Shown: in pieces, positions 35,001-39,879 of the stretch
How the letters are laid out: each line of letters begins with the position of its first letter
Position numbering within the stretch: the stretch's first letter is position 1
Assembly: GCA_003990765.1 (NCBI GenBank)
Contig: RBNJ01000132.1
Span: 1-39,879, forward strand
DNA from: Jimgerdemannia flammicorona
Lineage: Eukaryota
Direction: 5' to 3'
Length of the DNA stretch: 39,879 nt
Position numbers and translations under genes: made by a program
Notes under the pieces: model-generated
Told to the model about the DNA's origin: nothing
What the model saw: the letters and a program-made list of their open reading frames with translations, nothing else
Databases searched by the model: none

Positions 35001-37991
35001 ATCTTCCTAGCTGAAAAGCTTTCTCTTGGTGGGTTTCTTTCTTAGAGATAATGGTGATTGTACTGAGTCCTTCTTCTGTATTCCAAGGGTCATTGTCTTC
35101 AGGTGGTGTCCAGCAAGGGTCATCCCAGAGAATGAGTTTGGGGACCTCTTCTTCATCAGATGCTTCCTGTTCAGGAACTTCTTGGTCTGAAGTTTCTTCT
35201 TTCTCGGATGATTCTTGATCCCAAATTGCTTGTACTTCTGCAGCTTCGGTTGTGGGTGTTTCTGGGATATGTCTGCATTTCTTTTTCTTCCTTCTGCACT
35301 CCAGGCAGGCTGTGCCAGGCGATTTCCTTGTTCCCATGATCTTGGAGGAGTGCTCTGGACACTTGTATCTCTTGAGGCAGGTAGGGCATCCTTTGGCTTC
35401 TCCTGCAATAGCTCCAATAGTGATAGGGATGGTGTTCTTAGCCCACACATTGTCTTCTGGTCTGTCATCCACCAGGTTAATTCAGGGATTGAGTCTGGGA
35501 TCATTTCCATCTTCAGACTCTTCTTTCTCTTCTGTAGTAGACTCTTCGCTGCTGGCATATTCTTCCTGAATAGTGACCTTTTTCTTCTTCGATTGCTCAT
35601 AGCTGGTCACCTTAACTCTGTACTTCTTGCCCCAGTAGTCAAACTTGAGTACCTGTTGGCCAATATCAACAACTGCATTCATTTCCTTCATCCAGTTAGT
35701 GCTAAGAATCATATTATAGGTAACAGCTTCAGTGACAACAGCTTTGGGGATAGAGAACTGAATGTGTCCAAGGGAGATGGTGATATTTTGTACTTCTCCA
35801 AGGGGTTGAGTTCAGGCTCCATCTGCTACTATGATGCTGAGGTTAGATGGTCCATCAATGGGCCATTGGAGGGTGTCTAGGAATCGTTTGGCAATGACAC
35901 AGACAGCTGCTCCTGTGTCTATGAGGATTTTCGCTTTTTGTCCTCCAATATCTCTATGTAAATAGGTGCTAACATGTCTTTCTGCTGCTTGGACAGGGAT
36001 GGAGGCTGGTTCTTGCTGTGGGATTGGAACTTGGCCAGTACTAGACCTGGTGGTTCTCAACAATTTGTTTCGAACTCCAGCTGGTATTAGTTGCAAGAAC
36101 TGCAGGAGAGGGACTTCCATCTTGGCTTTTTGAATCTTCTATCAGGCTTCATTGTAAATGTCTCTAGGCATGGTCTTTGGAGTGTACTTCTTCTTAGGCT
36201 TTAGAGCAGCAGGTTCCCGTTCTTCTTGTTCCATTTCTTCATCTTCTGGTGGCAACTCATTTGTCTCAGGGACAAAAGGTGAGGGGGTTCAGGGAGGTGT
36301 TTCTACTTGTTCCTCCTCATGTTCTTCATCCTCTTCTTGGATAATTCTTCTGCTGATGTTCCTGGATGGTCTTCCTATAGGTCTCTTTCTTTTCTCTGCT
36401 GGATAGACTGTTTTCCAAGTTGTAACCTTAGTGGGGTATAAGTCTAGGTCACTGTAGTCTTCACTATTACTTGTTTCTTCGAAATCTTCAACAGGATGGG
36501 CTTCAGTCTTCTTGTACTGAGTGTCATTCCTTCAGTTTGCTGATTCTGAGTCCCTTCAGTTACTTCTTTTGTTCTCATATTCAGTGGCATAGTGTCTGAA
36601 TTGTCCACAGTGGAAGCATTGAACTTGGGCTCTGTCTCGGACAGAGTACCTTCTTTCTTCTTGCTGGTAATTCCTATTATCTCTTGGTGGATAGCCTTGG
36701 CTCCTCTGTGGTGGGTACCCTCTGTTGTTTTGATAGTCCTGATTTTCACATGTGGTGAGTTTTTCAATCTGTCCAACCAATCAGTCTAGCTTGGAGCTGA
36801 GGTCTTAGATTTTGCTTCTGTCCTTCTTTCCTTCCTTGGCTGGCCTTCTTTCTTCAGATCTTTCTTATCCTTGAAGGAGTCCTTGCAGGGCTTTGACCAG
36901 GATATCTTCTTTATCTTCCTTCTTGTCATGATTGCTCCAGGTAGTTCCTTGCCTGATATCAAAGAATCCTTGGGCTGCATCCACTTGCTCTTTGGACCTT
37001 CTGATGTCTAGGGTGCGGACATGCTGGGCAATATTCGGAGGAATTCCATTCATGAAGGTCATTGGACCTATGATGTCTTAGTTGGTAGCATTAAACCTGG
37101 CAGAATGCATTCTCTTCTGGATTCTTGTGAAGAAGGCTCTAGGTGATTCTCCAAGATTCATCTTCATTCCCATGATGGATTCCTGAGCCTTGTGGTGGGT
37201 TTCGTTTCCTGTATATTTTTCAATGAGCCAGTGGACCATGGCTTCATATTCTAGCTCATCAGACATTGCTGCTTGTATTTGTCTTGCTAGTTCTGAATCT
37301 CTGTTGTTTGCTATTCGATGGAAAATTCCTCTGGCTGGTTCTCTGAGCTGAGCTTTGTAGATGGTGATTTTTCTTTCATCTGAGAGATTTCTCAAGGCTG
37401 CAATTCCTTCAATTCCATCAAGGAATTCTCTGGGGTCTTCCTCCGAGTATCCCACAAAGGTTGGCAATGAGGTGGCCATTTTGTCATTACTTTCTTCCAA
37501 TTCTGGTTCAAGTTCGGATTCTGATTCTAATTTACTTTTCGAACTGTCACTAGAGATGGGGATGCTTGGGTATCCTGAGGATAGTGTTCTGGATCTTGGA
37601 TGAAGTGGAATAGGCCTAGGTTTCCTTGTAGGAGCTACTTCTGGTTCTGTAAGAGGTTGTGTTAGGGTTTCGATTGGTGAGATTGGGGGGACTGGTGTGG
37701 GGTGTCTGGCTGTAAAATATTGGGTCTGTGTGATAAGGTCTTCTAGTTCTTGTGCGAGTTCTCCAAAATCTCCCTGTATTATCTGGTTGATCTGGTTGGG
37801 GATTTCGGGCTGTACTGCCTTCTGGTTCTGGTTGGGATCCTTCTGATGCTGGGTAATTGGTAAGTCTTGAAGTGATTACTTCTCTTCCTGTCCAGATGCT
37901 GGTGATAACTGGTTCTCCTATAGTAGCAGAGGTTGGTATTATATCAAATATATCCAGTTTGACTGTGGGTTCTTGTGAGCTGAAAAGTCAT
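32071..37991 (-). pseudogene. gag-protease-dUTPase-RT-RNase H polyprotein
   Basis: LPTFVGYSEEDPREFL; CFHCGQFRHYATEY; LIDTGAAV; IGYDLHS..TSRSRLA..GGTIDPGYTG (~34300-33975); SPWASPILIVPKK, LCVDYRKLN, YPLPRIDD, VYMDD; LYTDASK, KLECLAV, LITDHAAL, VDVLSR. Start position approximate. Confidence 0.92.
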
Positions 37992-38008
37992 GTTGATTTT
38001 AAAAATCT

Positions 38009-38025
38009 TCTCAGTTGAGCTCCCA
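38009..38025 (-). promoter_or_regulatory. Primer-binding site, probably tRNA-Pro
   Basis: TGGGAGCTCAACTGAGA, 2 nt after the LTR; reverts by transitions to TGGGGGCTCAACCGGGA, similar to tRNA-Pro PBSs. Confidence 0.6.
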
Positions 38026-38027
38026 GA

Positions 38028-39505
38028 TGTAATGTGCTGGCTCAATGGAGTCAAATTACAAGGTTGGGGGTTGATGTAGTTTGGCTTGAGCCCCCAGTTA
38101 TTTTGTCAAAAAGCAACAAAATATTCTAAGATTCCTGAGATCCTTGGTGTTTAGTGGTACAATAGTCAAAGCTGGATATCTGCGAGCGATTTGTGCATCA
38201 ATTTTCTAATTGGGATGGTTCTCTGGGTGTAGTGGCGATTTGTGTATATGAACAGGTTTCCTTCTTGGGTCAACTAGGAATGACAGAATTTGTGTAGTGC
38301 AACAATCTTATACATAATGGTCTGGTGATTTAGCAGTTCTCCTTATGTGATTTCTGCATGACGATCTTGTGTAGCATGATGATCTCTTGTGTAGCATGAT
38401 GATCTGGCAATTTAGTGGTTCTTCTAATGCGGATTTGGCGGACAACTCGATTTGGCTCACTGGAAATTATACTGGTGCAGCTTCTTCTGTACCAGGCTCA
38501 CTAGGAACAAACGAATAACTCGGATGTCACTGATTCTTCCTGAATCAGCAGTTTCAACTGGGAATGCAGTGGATAACTTAGAAACAGCAGATGATGCAGA
38601 TTCAGCTTCAACTGGGAAACAACTCAGATGGCATGAGTTCTTCTGAATCAGGTTCTTCTGGGAATAATAACTTGGTGACGTGGGTTCTTCTGGGAATGCA
38701 GATAACTTGAAAATGGTGGATGACTGGGAATTAACTAGGATTCTTGGCAAGTTATGTCAAAGACTGGCTTTGTTTGCATGGGGTTACATCATAGACTGGC
38801 TCCACTGTGAAGTTGCATCAGAAAGACTGGCTTGTGGCAAGAATGGCGGCGAAAACTTGGATTCTTCAGACTTATCTGGCAAGCATACCAATAGTGCAGC
38901 TTATTCCTTAAGCAGCAGTTCTTCAAAAGGCAGCAAAGTTCTTCACTTGAACTTGGCAGCAAAATCAGCTTTGTATTGGAAAGTGGACCAGAGTGGAAAA
39001 GGGGACCAATGCTCAATCTTTAGAGGCTTCTTTGGTGTTTGTATTTTGGACTCTTCTTTGTATCAAAAAGTGAACTGGAGTTGAAATGTGTTCTGAATTT
39101 CAGACTCTTCTCTTCTGGCTTAGTCTGGCAAGCGTACCAATCTTTTGTATCAGAAAGTAGACCAGAGTGGAAAAGGAATGCTGTTGCTTTAGATTCAATT
39201 TCGGACTGAGGTTTATTCACTCTTGTCTCTGGGATAATTTATACAAGTTGGTTGCTATCTGGTTACTATGTGGCTAACTATAGATTTGCTATCTAAGGCA
39301 AGTTGTGCAGGTCCAGCATAAGTGTGCAGGTCAGGCACAGGTGTGCAGGTCCTGCACAGATATACCTTATCTGGTAGTCTGGCTATTTATATGGTTTCCG
39401 CAGCAATGGTTGCTGGTTACTATGCTGTGTGTTCACATTATCTAACTAATTGTTCACATCATCTGGCTAAGGTATAATTCAGGTGGTACATCCTGGTTTG
39501 TCACA
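38028..39505 (-). repeat. 5' LTR of element 2
   Basis: TGT..ACA termini; adjacent to the PBS. Confidence 0.95.
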
Positions 39506-39509
39506 ATAG

Positions 39510-39879
39510 TAGTGCTCCGAACGAGTCAATCCGGATGGGATTCGGATGGATTCGAATCCCATCCAGATGGATTCGAATCGGATTCGAATCGGATTTGAAT
39601 CAACCATTGTTTTGATTTCCAAATTAGACAATTAAATGTTTACATCAATAACTTGATGAATAATCATCCAAATTTGATGATATTGGTGTCATTTGAAAGC
39701 CCTTAATAAGGCATTTCTAATGATACCAAGAACATTAAAATCGGATCACGAGTTGCCGAGATATTAAGGAAAACGTTCCATTTGACGAAATTTCCAAAAT
39801 CGGCAAATCAAAGAATTTCCAAAATCGGCGATTCAGACGTTTTCCTTCATAACTCAGCAACGCATGATCCGATTTCAAT
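39510..39879. mobile_element. Probable terminus of a DNA transposon (hAT-like end or MITE/foldback), running off the window
   Basis: TAGTGCTCCG start, clustered GGATTCGAATC repeats at 39530-39601, then nested palindromes; CpG intact. Confidence 0.45.

Larger units (their letters stand above)
28976..39505 (-). mobile_element. Full-length Ty3/gypsy element 2 (10.5 kb)
   Basis: Two 1.48-kb LTRs; TSD ATAG(T) at 28971-28975 and 39506-39510; PBS and PPT; domain order gag-PR-dUT-RT-RH-IN. Confidence 0.95.

Overview
Eukaryotic, most likely fungal, transposon graveyard (short AT-rich GT-AG introns, fungal TE families, pervasive C>T/G>A decay). No intact host gene is evident. From left to right: (1) a Tc1/IS630-type transposon relic with a two-intron transposase. 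(2) A 5'-truncated, RT-deleted, dUTPase-bearing chromovirus (Ty3/gypsy). Its integrase is split by an 11.1-kb Plavaka-type (CMC/CACTA-like) DNA transposon with 26-bp TIRs and a 2-bp TSD, carrying a transposase and two divergent intron-containing cargo genes, one encoding a RING finger. Its ~2-kb 3' LTR is split by a complete Ngaro-type tyrosine-recombinase retrotransposon (A1-gag-RT/RH-YR-B1-A2-B2) and by a solo LTR of its own family. (3) An inverted LTR fragment and a decayed gag. (4) A full-length minus-strand Ty3/gypsy element with 1.48-kb LTRs, dUTPase, extra Zn-binding motifs, a separate integrase frame and an extra 3' ORF. (5) The CpG-rich, palindromic end of another DNA transposon. Main novelties: both gypsy lineages appear to carry a related, uncharacterised accessory ORF at their 3' end (one inside the LTR), and the Ngaro 3' region holds a 10-copy repeat-spacer hairpin array. 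All translations and alignments were done by eye; family names are recalled motif matches, not search results.
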